Shown: positions 50,099 to 60,711 of the stretch, piece by piece
Position numbering within the stretch: position 1 is the first letter of the stretch
Layout of the letters: each line of letters begins with the position of its first letter
From: Candidatus Kaiserbacteria bacterium
GTDB taxonomy: Bacteria; Patescibacteriota; Minisyncoccia; Phycocordibacterales; UBA2100
DNA: 64,000 nucleotides
NCBI GenBank assembly: GCA_027083345.1
Contig: JALWOZ010000012.1
Span: forward strand, 4,025 to 68,024
Reading direction: 5' to 3'
Made by a program: the position numbers and the translations under genes
Notes under the pieces: generated by a model
Seen by the model: the letters and a program-made list of their open reading frames with translations, nothing else
Told to the model about the DNA's origin: nothing
Databases searched by the model: none

Positions 50099-51079
50099 AT
50101 GAACTTATTCAAAGTCACAGCAAATAAAGAACTAGCTAGATTCTTCTGGCTACAATCTATGACACAGTGGATATGGTCTGCTCAAATACCTCAGTTAGTA
50201 AATCCGGCATTTAACAAACTGATAGCTGATTTTGTTAAAGATAATCATGTATTAATACATAAATGCAAAGAAATATTATCCGAGAAAGAACATAGCTTCA
50301 AGCTCATCTGGGATGTATATTTGAACAAAAATCTACTCAATGACGCTAACCTGGCGCCAATAAATAATTTGCTGCATGTCTTCAGTCCCGTATTCGACAT
50401 TATATGGGAATCTGAATTACCTCAAATAGATCAATGGTCAAAGCAAATCAATGCTGATTTTACAGAAGAACATCAATTATTTATAAAAAAAGTAAAACAA
50501 TTCTTGCAAAGTAATTTTGCCCAAAAAACACCAATAACCATATACCCATTATTGTGTAGCAAAAATCTTACAACATCTCTAATAAATAAAGATCATCCTA
50601 ACATAATACTAGCACAACACTGGGGGTGCTTTAATAATAAACAGATTATCATCAAATCATTAATGCATGAATATGTACACATGTTACAGAATAATTCAAA
50701 ATCCGATGAATTTCTGCGCACGGCTTTTATTAAAGTTAAAATACCAGAAAATCTTAAAGATACTGAAAATGCACCGCCGCTTAGTTATGTAGCACGAGAG
50801 ATTTTGGTACAATCTTTAGTGTCTACAGAATTACCCTCTTACTACTCAGTATATTTTCACCACAATAATGAATTCAGTAACATACATAAACCCCAGTCTA
50901 TAAAAAATGAGTTGAATAAAAAAACCTATCATGATTGGTACTCTCATATAAGATATATAGCATACGAAAGTCAAAATATATTAAATGAATATATGCAAAA
51001 AGAGAAATCTATAGACCAAGAGTATTGTGATAAATTAGCTAAAATAACTATTAATCATATTAATAATCTTAATAGTTAA
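50099..51079 (+). CDS. HExxH-motif hypothetical protein
   Basis: LMHEYVH plus downstream E (ARE); AT-rich. Confidence 0.6.
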   Translation: MNLFKVTANKELARFFWLQSMTQWIWSAQIPQLVNPAFNKLIADFVKDNHVLIHKCKEILSEKEHSFKLIWDVYLNKNLLNDANLAPINNLLHVFSPVFDIIWESELPQIDQWSKQINADFTEEHQLFIKKVKQFLQSNFAQKTPITIYPLLCSKNLTTSLINKDHPNIILAQHWGCFNNKQIIIKSLMHEYVHMLQNNSKSDEFLRTAFIKVKIPENLKDTENAPPLSYVAREILVQSLVSTELPSYYSVYFHHNNEFSNIHKPQSIKNELNKKTYHDWYSHIRYIAYESQNILNEYMQKEKSIDQEYCDKLAKITINHINNLNS

Positions 51080-51828
51080 GATTTGATTACATGACACGGA
51101 GCAAATACTGTATCGTAGAATACTTCACCGGCTTCCAATCTTTTCTGATTATAATTAACTTTAAAATATATGGCCTTGTTTTTATCTGACAAATTCCTAT
51201 TAACTATATTTGCCAATAAATCTAAGTTACTAATAACAATCTCCCTTGACGTATTTGCACGAGCGTTAGCAAAGATTGGCAATAATATACCTTTAGAGAT
51301 ATATTCCTTAGCGTATACTGTTAAAAAGTGCACCATTAGTCTACCTCCAACCGATTTTGAATCTTTTGTGGTCATCCAATCTGTTATATAAATTATCCTT
51401 TTTGAGTTCCTTACACCTTCATATGCAGTTATATATCCATCTAACTTCCCAGAATTATCTCTATGCAAAAAAGATAACTTTGGGTATCCTCTAGCAATAC
51501 TCAATACATCACAGGCAAATAATATCAACTCATGTTTCCATTCTGGCTTACACAAATCTGGGTTATCTGTATATATTTCTTTTTCTAAAGCCACTATGTC
51601 AGTTGTATTACAACCATATGATTCTTGAATACCTATCTTTTTTATAATGCACTTTTCGGAGTCTAACAATCCCATGTCTATAGCTTTTGTAACCTCTTCT
51701 TTTGTCAAACATAAGAACGGTACTCTAAATAATCCATTTAATAAACGATCTTGAAGACTATCTCTATTTTTTAAATTTTCCATAATCCCAATTTTCAACT
51801 CAGTTTCATAATCGTACACCAAACTCAT
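51076..51828 (-). CDS. Hypothetical protein, GNAT-like fold
   Basis: LDGYITAY, IYITDW, VGGRLM, ANAR..TS pattern. Confidence 0.5.
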   Translation of the reverse strand: MSLVYDYETELKIGIMENLKNRDSLQDRLLNGLFRVPFLCLTKEEVTKAIDMGLLDSEKCIIKKIGIQESYGCNTTDIVALEKEIYTDNPDLCKPEWKHELILFACDVLSIARGYPKLSFLHRDNSGKLDGYITAYEGVRNSKRIIYITDWMTTKDSKSVGGRLMVHFLTVYAKEYISKGILLPIFANARANTSREIVISNLDLLANIVNRNLSDKNKAIYFKVNYNQKRLEAGEVFYDTVFAPCHVIKS

Positions 51829-51831
51829 AAT

Positions 51832-53025
51832 TTATAAAGCTTTGTTTTTGTGTAAGAATATTAGCGCCATTAAACCTATGGTCGCGAATGTACCCGCCGA
51901 TAGTAGTAGTGCCACCGGCAAAGATAGTAAATCACTAGCATAGCCCAGTGCCGGCCCTACAATTATAAACATCAAACGTCCTACAAGATTCTTGATAGAC
52001 AATACAGTCGCTCGGACATCAGACTCAATCCTCCTATGTACATAATCTCTCAATATAGGTTGTTGCACCGCACGCACAAAGTAGAACACAAGTATCACCG
52101 GCAATATTATTAGTGATGGATACAACCCAAGCAATATATAAGTAGTGACCACAAGTATCACTAAAGCAATAAGAGCCTTGCGTAACCCAAGCAGATTCTC
52201 AAACTTGGTAGCAAACATAGCAAACACTCCTATAGAGACATTTAATATCGCCCAGAGCACACCAAACCAAGCTATGGGTATATTGAGTAACTGCCAATAC
52301 GGCTGCATAAACCAAACAAACACAAGAGTAGAGGTGTTGATGGCGCCAGCATATATAATGATCCACTTAAGCTCCTTGTGCCCGTGTAGAGAATATTTGA
52401 TAATCTTAATCATCTCTTGCCAGAGATTTGCAGAGGTGTCTTTAACCCGCTTAACAGCCGGCTCAACTAAAGATATTGTGATTGGTATTGTGGGAATCAA
52501 TACAACAGCCCAGATTATAAACGGATACCTCAAGTTGATAGCCCCTATTATGCCCCCGGCAACACCACCGATAGCTTGTGAATATGCCCCTATAGCGACT
52601 ACTTTAGACTCAATACGCTTATGCTCATCAGTCTTGCCTAGGCCTATCAAGGTGTTATATAGCAGAGCCGAGTCTGCCCCGGAGATGAATGCATGGCCAA
52701 CGCCCAGCACTACCTCGGCAAATAATATCGCCCAGAATCCATATGCCAGAGCATAAACCACAGCCCCAAGAGTAATGACGAGGGACCCTAGCACCAACGC
52801 TCTCTTGTGCCCGAGCTTGTCAGATATATAACCAGACGGGATCTCAAATAATAAGACCGAAATAGAGAAGACAGCCTGCACCACAAATACATCTTGCATA
52901 GAGAGCCCATTCTCTTGGAAGAAGAGCGTAACAATCGGCATAGTGATCATCATCCCAAGCAAGCCGTGGAAGATATACAACTTCTTAATATTACCCTCTA
53001 AATACTCTTGATTTAACTTTAACAT
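51832..53025 (-). CDS. MFS transporter
   Basis: FEIPSGYISDKLGHK, SGADSALLY, RATVLS; about 12 TM. Confidence 0.9.
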   Translation of the reverse strand: MLKLNQEYLEGNIKKLYIFHGLLGMMITMPIVTLFFQENGLSMQDVFVVQAVFSISVLLFEIPSGYISDKLGHKRALVLGSLVITLGAVVYALAYGFWAILFAEVVLGVGHAFISGADSALLYNTLIGLGKTDEHKRIESKVVAIGAYSQAIGGVAGGIIGAINLRYPFIIWAVVLIPTIPITISLVEPAVKRVKDTSANLWQEMIKIIKYSLHGHKELKWIIIYAGAINTSTLVFVWFMQPYWQLLNIPIAWFGVLWAILNVSIGVFAMFATKFENLLGLRKALIALVILVVTTYILLGLYPSLIILPVILVFYFVRAVQQPILRDYVHRRIESDVRATVLSIKNLVGRLMFIIVGPALGYASDLLSLPVALLLSAGTFATIGLMALIFLHKNKAL

Positions 53026-53095
53026 TAAAGCTAGGATAGCATTACCTACATACATTTACCAACAACCAGGTCACTGGTGTTTTATATCGAGATAA

Positions 53096-54736
53096 TTATT
53101 TAAAAGCAACCACAGGCAACTCTATGGTGAAGGTTGAGCCTTTGTTTAGACCCTCTGACTCTACCCATATTTTACCTTTATTTGCCTCTATCAAGTTTTT
53201 AGCTATAAAGAGCCCCATACCCGTACCAAAGGCGTCTGTCTCCTTAGCATTGTCTGCCCTTGTAAACTTGTCAAACAAGCCAGCTACCTCTCCTTTTGCC
53301 ACCCCTATACCTGTGTCTTTAATACTCACGCGCACGCGCTTGCCACTCTCACTCAGCTCTGTGCGCACCTGTACCTCACCCTTATGAGTATACTTAATGG
53401 CATTCTCCAAGAGTGCATTGAGTACTTGTGTAATATTGTTCTTGTCAGCTTTAACCATACACTTATCACCCTCTACATCGTGCTCTATTGTCATCTTAAT
53501 ACCCTTATCTTGTGCATTAACTAAGCGTACTTCAACCCTCTCGTCTACAAGCTCGCACAGGTCAAACTCCGTCATATTCTGCACTACATTATCCTCCTCA
53601 ATGCGCGCAATGTTCATATAGTCATTAATCGTCTCCGACATCACCTTACTGGCAGACAAAATATTATTTATAGGCACTTTGGCACTCTTAGGCATATCTC
53701 CATAATCTCCTTCTAAGATTAAAGATGCATAACCATTAATAGCCGTAATAGGCCCGCGCAATTGATGAGTAGCAATATGCAAAAACTCATTCTTCTTCTC
53801 GTCTAGTTCTTTAAGTTTTTTGTTCGCCTTTTCTAAACTTGTAGCTACCTCTTCAATACGTTCTTTAGTGCTTATTTCTTTTTTCATTGTGTGAATTATC
53901 ATATAACCTAAAAAAGTAAATATAATAAGTGGTATAATTGTCAAAATACGAGTCGTAATAGTTTGACTAAATAACACATTAATAGATAATAAGACCCAAC
54001 TTGCTGACACGACCAGTTCCGTCAACGCTATTTTAGTATTAAAAATTTGTTCTTTATAAATTCCGTAAGTTATAAAAGCCGCCATAAAAGATATGCTTAT
54101 CTGTCCTACCCAATTAAAAGTAAAATCCCCTGTTATTGGTAAAATGAGATTAGTCACAAAACTAATAAACGTCGCAACACTAGCTCCAATTATTAGGTAA
54201 AATATCTGACTTCTAGTAACTAGTTTTTTGGTATTTCTATAAGTATCAATTAAGATACCAAATCCTATACTAAACAAACTAAACAAATAAAAACCATACA
54301 CAATATGTAAGATATTATTAAATAATATCACTTGTTCACCTATAGTTGGTCGTAGCACACCCAAAATAAGTAAATCGGGGCTAAATACTAAATACAAAAT
54401 CGACACTAGAGATAAAAAGAAAGATGCGGATATAATCTTATAATGCAAAATCTTAATTTTAGCCAACGCTGCAGCTAGATAAATAAAAGACAGAGGTATT
54501 AGCGCGGCATCTGCGTATAGTAAACGTGTAATAAATAAGTTCCAACCATCAGAAAATGGATGGCTACGATAAATAATCATTAACACTCCCCATAAACTCA
54601 CTATAATAGTCAATACAAATAATCTTTTGTTAATTGATTCTTTTGGATTATGGGCAAATATAATAACTCCATAAATAAGATTCAATAAAACCGAAAAACC
54701 TATTAAAGTATTAATTACTGTGAGACCTGTACTCAT
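53096..54736 (-). CDS. Histidine kinase with N-terminal multi-TM (7TM-type) sensor
   Basis: ATHQLRGP H-box, NAIKYT, DTGIG, GTGMGL, GSTF; hydrophobic N-terminal half. Confidence 0.92.
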   Translation of the reverse strand: MSTGLTVINTLIGFSVLLNLIYGVIIFAHNPKESINKRLFVLTIIVSLWGVLMIIYRSHPFSDGWNLFITRLLYADAALIPLSFIYLAAALAKIKILHYKIISASFFLSLVSILYLVFSPDLLILGVLRPTIGEQVILFNNILHIVYGFYLFSLFSIGFGILIDTYRNTKKLVTRSQIFYLIIGASVATFISFVTNLILPITGDFTFNWVGQISISFMAAFITYGIYKEQIFNTKIALTELVVSASWVLLSINVLFSQTITTRILTIIPLIIFTFLGYMIIHTMKKEISTKERIEEVATSLEKANKKLKELDEKKNEFLHIATHQLRGPITAINGYASLILEGDYGDMPKSAKVPINNILSASKVMSETINDYMNIARIEEDNVVQNMTEFDLCELVDERVEVRLVNAQDKGIKMTIEHDVEGDKCMVKADKNNITQVLNALLENAIKYTHKGEVQVRTELSESGKRVRVSIKDTGIGVAKGEVAGLFDKFTRADNAKETDAFGTGMGLFIAKNLIEANKGKIWVESEGLNKGSTFTIELPVVAFK

Positions 54737-55848
54737 ATTTTATTAATTCTACTCCTTAACATATTAACAACATTCTCAATATATTTATCTGAAATAACCC
54801 CTATAAAATTCTGATATTCTGGTAATTGAAATCCTAATTTATGACCTAATCTCGCCACATAATCTACTTGATCTAATGTGGCTCTACCAATAACAAAATT
54901 GGCACAAATGTCATTATATGCTAAAACCATAACTTCGACTAAACAGCAATAATTTATATTATCACCATGTAACCCTATATCAAAATTTACATTGACCCCC
55001 GGAGTCAAAACTGCTCCTGCTTCTATTACCATAACATCATTACGATCAAAGACTTCTTCTGACACATCGGACGGTTGTGCGTCGTCCACAATAAAGGTAC
55101 CAGGAGATACATAATCAGACAGAATAGTTGCTCCTGGTGCATTAGTGGCGGTTATAATAATATGAGCTTTTTTAATAATATTCATATCATCTGTAATAAT
55201 GACATTTTTCATCATTTTTCTAAATGTGTCCTTTATTAATTTATGCTTCCTTTTCAGATCTACAAGTAATATTTTTTTAAAAGGCTCTCTAGCCAAAAGT
55301 TGTGCTGAAATACTACCCACTGAACCAGCAGCTCCTACAACCGCAATTATTATACTCGCATAATTTAAATTATTCTTGAAAATAAAATCTCTTACGTACT
55401 CCGTAACATTATACCCTGTATAAGCATGTCCAGTTGTGATGCAGATATTATCAATATCAATAAGTTTCTTACCGCCGTGCGACAACGAAGAAGTTAGTGC
55501 GCCTAATCCAACTATTCTCACACCCATGTTCCTAGCCTTTCTAATTGCTCGACGTATTTGAATAACCGCATATCTACGATACTTCAACATAGTATTAGTA
55601 GACATAGGCAAAGAGATAACAACACCTCGTATTAAATTACCATTTTTATCCTCTAGACCTGTGATGTCAGCTATTTTAACTGGTCCCATTATAAATTCAA
55701 AAATAGTTAAGACCCAACCGGGAACATATTTAAATATTTTAAACTTTTTTAATATTTCCTTTTTTGTGCGTGGGTGCACTATAAAAGCATAGTCATATTT
55801 AACTGATGTACCCTTATTAATCTTATTGGACTTTAATTTAGAATTCAT
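54733..55848 (-). CDS. NAD(P)-dependent acyl-ACP reductase-like / COG5322-type dehydrogenase
   Basis: YAFIVHP, VGLGALTS, ITTGHAYT, VVGAAGSVG, DDAQPSD, CLVE. Confidence 0.75.
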   Translation of the reverse strand: MNSKLKSNKINKGTSVKYDYAFIVHPRTKKEILKKFKIFKYVPGWVLTIFEFIMGPVKIADITGLEDKNGNLIRGVVISLPMSTNTMLKYRRYAVIQIRRAIRKARNMGVRIVGLGALTSSLSHGGKKLIDIDNICITTGHAYTGYNVTEYVRDFIFKNNLNYASIIIAVVGAAGSVGSISAQLLAREPFKKILLVDLKRKHKLIKDTFRKMMKNVIITDDMNIIKKAHIIITATNAPGATILSDYVSPGTFIVDDAQPSDVSEEVFDRNDVMVIEAGAVLTPGVNVNFDIGLHGDNINYCCLVEVMVLAYNDICANFVIGRATLDQVDYVARLGHKLGFQLPEYQNFIGVISDKYIENVVNMLRSRINKI

Positions 55849-55860
55849 AACATTATTAAT

Positions 55861-56559
55861 TTATTGCAACTTAATAAGTATATTCTCTCTCACATTGTTA
55901 ACTAAAACTTCGTATGTATCTTTATTAGACTCTTTAACTCTAGCCTTAATCTCAATAGACTTCCCGTAGTAAATAAATACCCTAGCCTTCCTCAAGAAGA
56001 TATTCTTAAGACTTAATTTATAAGTACCCTTTATGGCTACAGGTATTATAGAGGCCTTTGTCTCGGACGCTAAATATACGATTCCCCCATGAAATTCTTG
56101 TAATTTGCCATCTTCAGTTATTTTACCTTCAGGATACATACACAATGGATACCCGTCTTTTAAATTACTTACTTGTGTTCTTAATGATTTTGCATAGTCT
56201 CCATTACCTCTCTCTAAAGGATACGCACCCCATAATGCAAAAACATACTGCAAGATACCGCTTCTATACAAGACACCTAACCAACCTCTTTTATTAGACT
56301 CTTTAAATGCATATATAGGTGCCGTAACGTATATCATAGGACTCCACCTAGAGAACCAAGGCAAAGCCGCCCTCACAAGCCAAGAGTCCAACTCATGAGC
56401 ATGATTAGGCGCAAATATGACTTTACTAGACACACTTTTTAAATTCTCTAGTCCCTTAATCTCCAAATGCATGAAAAATTTAAAAAACAACCTAAAAAAA
56501 GGCCACGAGATAAACTGTATCATAAATGGGATAATAATTTTAAATCGTACCTTCCTCAT
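55861..56559 (-). CDS. Lysophospholipid acyltransferase (PlsC family)
   Basis: NHAHELD, YPEG, IIPVAI. Confidence 0.88.
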   Translation of the reverse strand: MRKVRFKIIIPFMIQFISWPFFRLFFKFFMHLEIKGLENLKSVSSKVIFAPNHAHELDSWLVRAALPWFSRWSPMIYVTAPIYAFKESNKRGWLGVLYRSGILQYVFALWGAYPLERGNGDYAKSLRTQVSNLKDGYPLCMYPEGKITEDGKLQEFHGGIVYLASETKASIIPVAIKGTYKLSLKNIFLRKARVFIYYGKSIEIKARVKESNKDTYEVLVNNVRENILIKLQ

Positions 56560-56626
56560 AAACCATAGCTTAACATAGACTTAAGTATATACATAAACAA
56601 GGCAAACTCCTTACATCCTTATACCA

Positions 56627-59494
56627 CTAAATTATCTCAACCTTAAACTCTCCCTCACTAAAATTAAACTTATTTATAAAAGTCTGCTTTGTTATGTCTA
56701 TCTCAAACTTTTGTATTATCCTCTGCTCTTCTTGTGAGGCAGTTACGTTTGCTCCTGTATACTCTCCAGCCTTAAGACCTGCACTCTTACGAGCCTTCTG
56801 CATCTCTCTAACTATCTCTCTCAACTTGCCCTCCTCTATTAAATCGTCAGTGAGGACAGTATCTAGCCCAACCTCATATTGTCCCTCAGGTTCAAAAAAT
56901 ACAGATTTAACATTAAGCTCATCTGCTATAATATCCTTAAGTTCTTGGGATAACTCACTATATCTTAATGTAACTGAGGCTAGAGGTTGTCTCACATTTA
57001 TATGAGCCTCTTTGCGTGCATCTAACGCCTTAGTTATGAGTTTACGTACCTCCTCCATCTCTTCTATTATCTTAGAGTCTACACTCTTTATTGAGCACCA
57101 CCTTGCCAAATGCACACTCTCTACATCGTCAGCCCTCTTAACTCTATGCCACAACCAATCAGCATGAAATGGTGCAAAAGGTGCCAACATCTTAGACAAT
57201 TTACGCAATACAAAACGAGTTGTCTCTAGAGCCTCACGCTTGTCTTGCTTATCCTCACCTTTAAACCTGTCCCTACTACGACGGATATACCAAGTAGAAA
57301 GGTCATCTACAAAATCAACAAAACCTCTTGAGGCCTTGTCTAGCTCATACTCCTCCATAGACCTAGTTACCTCATTATGTAATAGCTCTATACGGGCTAT
57401 AATCCATCTATCTAATATATTTCTACTATCAGACTTACTCTCGTGCTCTAATGAGTCTTTATATAATTCATAAAACTCATATACATTAACCAACCGCCCA
57501 AACATCTTACGGGTAATCTCTTCAACACCCTTCTCTGAAAAAAATAGATTCTCCGCCCTAACGACAGGTGAACTTAATATATAAAGACGCATAGAGTCAG
57601 CTCCATATTTATTAATCATATACATTGGGTCTGGATAATTCTTTAAACTTTTGCTCATCTTTTTACCATCCTCTGCTAAAACCATCCCTGTAGTAACAAC
57701 ATTTTTGAATGCGTTTTTATCAAATAAAGCACCTGAAAGCACATGCTGATAATAAAACCAAGTACGGCACTGGTCTTGAGCCTCAGCTATAAAGTCGGCC
57801 GGCACCCGCTTAATAAACTCATTCTTATTCTCAAATGGATAATGCAAAGAGGCATATGGCACAGACCCGGAGTTAAACCAGGTGTCTAATACATCTGGTA
57901 TGCGCATCATCTGCCCTTTGCCACACTTGCTACAATGCCAAGTTACAGTATCTACTACATCTTTATGTAAATCATTAACTCTTGTACCACTAAGCTCCTC
58001 AAGCTCGTCTATACTCCCCACTACCACCTCACTATCGCACTCACTACACCTCCATACAGGCATGGTATTAGCCCAAAAGCGATTACGAGAAATAGACCAA
58101 TCACGAGCACCCTCAAGCCACTTACCCCAACGTCCTTGCTTAATGTGTTTTGGAGTCCAATTTATATTCTCTGCATATTTAATTAACTTGCTCTTTATCT
58201 CCTCCACTTTTACAAACCAACTTGACGTAGCATAGTTAAGTAGCGGGGTATCACAACGCCAACAATGTGGGTAGCTGTGCTCTATTTTCTTTTTATTAAA
58301 GAGCTTATCGTTATGCGCCAGCCATTTTATTATCTCTATGTCTGTCGCCATATGATCATCTTTGGGCTTTACATTGAGGCCGGCAAAGTCAACAACCTCA
58401 GGTTTAAAATTACCTGCAATGTCTACATGCTGCACAAACGGTAATCCAACCTCTTTAGCCAACTCCATGTCCTCAGCTCCAAATGCAGGAGCCTCATGAG
58501 CTACACCTGTACCATCCTCATCTGAGATAAAGCCCGCAGGATATATCTGCCAACCGTTCTCTCTGTGCTCTAGGCTCTTGTCGTCATAGTAATAATCAAA
58601 GAGGGGCTTATACTTTTTGCCCACCAACTCACTACCTTTATACTCTGCGACTATCTTATACTCTTCATCACCAAAAGTGTCATCTAAACGCCTCTTTGCT
58701 AAGATAAACCTAACGGTGTCCCCACTCTCATTATCTACCTTCTTTATGGTTACGTAATCTATATCAGCACCAACTGCTAGCGCCACGTTACCCGGCAATG
58801 TCCACGGAGTTGTCGTCCAAGCCAAAACATATGTCTTTGGCTCGTCTATTAACTCAAACTTTACTGTTACTGAGAGGTCTTTAATATCTGCATACCCCTC
58901 GGCAACTTCACTCTGACTCAATGTTGTCTCACATCGTGGACAAATATGCATAGGCCTATGACTCTCATATACTAGCCCCTTCTCATATAATTGCTTAAAA
59001 GCCCACCACTCGCTCTCCATAAAGGTTGTGTCCATTGTTTTATAAGCATGCTCCATATCTACCCAGCGTCCTATACGTGGTATTATCTTCTCCCAAGTTT
59101 CTGCATACTCAAATATTTTGCCTCTACAAGTGTCATTAAACTTTTTAACTCCTACCCTCTTTATATCCTCTCTACCCGAGATCCCCAACTCCTTCTCTAC
59201 AATATTCTCTATAGGCAAACCATGACAATCCCAACCCCATTGCCTCTTAACTCTATAACCTCTCATAGTCTTATAGCGAGGGATGGCATCTTTAACAAAG
59301 CTCTGCAACAAGTGTCCATAATGAGGTAACCCTGTGGCAAATGGAGGACCATCATAAAAGGAGAACTCCTTAGGACTGCTCTCTCCTGCCGGGGTCTCAA
59401 TAGACTTAGTAAAGATCTTTTGTCTATCCCAAAAATCCAAGACCTCCTCCTCTCTTAATGCTATGTTGGATTTCTCTATTACTTCTTTAGACAT
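56627..59494 (-). CDS. ileS: Isoleucine-tRNA ligase (type 2)
   Basis: DGPPFATGLPHYGH, GWDCHGLP, WTTTPWT, KMSKS. Confidence 0.97.
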   Translation of the reverse strand: MSKEVIEKSNIALREEEVLDFWDRQKIFTKSIETPAGESSPKEFSFYDGPPFATGLPHYGHLLQSFVKDAIPRYKTMRGYRVKRQWGWDCHGLPIENIVEKELGISGREDIKRVGVKKFNDTCRGKIFEYAETWEKIIPRIGRWVDMEHAYKTMDTTFMESEWWAFKQLYEKGLVYESHRPMHICPRCETTLSQSEVAEGYADIKDLSVTVKFELIDEPKTYVLAWTTTPWTLPGNVALAVGADIDYVTIKKVDNESGDTVRFILAKRRLDDTFGDEEYKIVAEYKGSELVGKKYKPLFDYYYDDKSLEHRENGWQIYPAGFISDEDGTGVAHEAPAFGAEDMELAKEVGLPFVQHVDIAGNFKPEVVDFAGLNVKPKDDHMATDIEIIKWLAHNDKLFNKKKIEHSYPHCWRCDTPLLNYATSSWFVKVEEIKSKLIKYAENINWTPKHIKQGRWGKWLEGARDWSISRNRFWANTMPVWRCSECDSEVVVGSIDELEELSGTRVNDLHKDVVDTVTWHCSKCGKGQMMRIPDVLDTWFNSGSVPYASLHYPFENKNEFIKRVPADFIAEAQDQCRTWFYYQHVLSGALFDKNAFKNVVTTGMVLAEDGKKMSKSLKNYPDPMYMINKYGADSMRLYILSSPVVRAENLFFSEKGVEEITRKMFGRLVNVYEFYELYKDSLEHESKSDSRNILDRWIIARIELLHNEVTRSMEEYELDKASRGFVDFVDDLSTWYIRRSRDRFKGEDKQDKREALETTRFVLRKLSKMLAPFAPFHADWLWHRVKRADDVESVHLARWCSIKSVDSKIIEEMEEVRKLITKALDARKEAHINVRQPLASVTLRYSELSQELKDIIADELNVKSVFFEPEGQYEVGLDTVLTDDLIEEGKLREIVREMQKARKSAGLKAGEYTGANVTASQEEQRIIQKFEIDITKQTFINKFNFSEGEFKVEII

Positions 59495-59569
59495 AAAACC
59501 GATAACTTAAACTCAGTTTTATTATTGCATAAAAGCTATACTTTATCAATTTAGAGTACCTATGTAACT

Positions 59570-60691
59570 CTACTTCCAATCAGTTAAATAAATACCTTTT
59601 ATATTCGTCTTATCAATCTTCATTACACTAGACAAATACTTTTGCTCTTTTAGAGAGTAGTAGCGTATCCCCGACTGCACATCACCTATATCACTATTTA
59701 ACCAAGATGTAACAAACGCTAATGTATTATTATTTTTGTCAAAAACAGGGTTAGTGGCCACGATAGGTAGAGTTGGTAATGCTGTAAATATCCCTTTCTT
59801 CCAATCTTGGACTCTTATAATCGTAACCAATCTCTCTTTTGGTGAACTCAATGCAAAGTAACTACCATCATCTGCAACATCAAAACCATTAACAATGCTT
59901 ATTGGGCTTAAGCTCTTCCACACTAATTGCTCTCTCTTAGTTAATAGATCATATACATACACTCCATCATTGCGCAAAAACGCAAAAGAGCTTTGGCTTA
60001 TCCACTTGGGATACAGACCATTTGTTATCAATGTCTTATCTGTATCATTAACTAAATATATATTCCAAGACTCTGCCGGCACATTATTGGGCTCATTACT
60101 TGCCTTAGCAAGATTCTCCTTACTTAAAGATGCATAGAGTATCGCTCCACTATTAGAGACTACAGGAGCAGACCTCATATAGTCCTCATCACTATGCACA
60201 GATACCAGCTTGGCTGTTTTTAATAATTTAATGAGACCATTAGCATCTTTGGCTGTCTCTACACTAGCTAAATATATATCATAAGTATTTGCATCTTCAA
60301 CAGTATCTTTTGTAGTAGCTAAATATGCAATATATGCCTCATTGCCCGACACATTATATTGGAGAGATACGGCATCACTACCATTTATCTTATTGACTGG
60401 TAAGCTCACAATCTCTCCACTAAGAGTATTTAATAGTGCCGGCACAGGCGTACCGCTGGCAGATATTACAGAGACGAGTATCTTGCCCTCCGGGAGACTG
60501 TCAGAGTAGCTGATGAGTTGCGCATTGCTTTCAGTCTCTAAATTAACAATTTTAGCTGTGCGCTTGTATATATTATTTAGCACATTATCTTTTAATACGC
60601 TATCATTGCCAAACACAGAGTATACAATAACACCAACACTTAAAATAATAACTAATATGACAATGTTTGTGTATACTCTGCGATTAAACAT
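59570..60691 (-). CDS. Membrane-anchored beta-propeller (TolB-like) hypothetical protein
   Basis: N-terminal TM, repeated short beta-strand units. Confidence 0.55.
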   Translation of the reverse strand: MFNRRVYTNIVILVIILSVGVIVYSVFGNDSVLKDNVLNNIYKRTAKIVNLETESNAQLISYSDSLPEGKILVSVISASGTPVPALLNTLSGEIVSLPVNKINGSDAVSLQYNVSGNEAYIAYLATTKDTVEDANTYDIYLASVETAKDANGLIKLLKTAKLVSVHSDEDYMRSAPVVSNSGAILYASLSKENLAKASNEPNNVPAESWNIYLVNDTDKTLITNGLYPKWISQSSFAFLRNDGVYVYDLLTKREQLVWKSLSPISIVNGFDVADDGSYFALSSPKERLVTIIRVQDWKKGIFTALPTLPIVATNPVFDKNNNTLAFVTSWLNSDIGDVQSGIRYYSLKEQKYLSSVMKIDKTNIKGIYLTDWK

Positions 60692-60711
60692 ATAAACCCT
60701 TATTAAAATTA

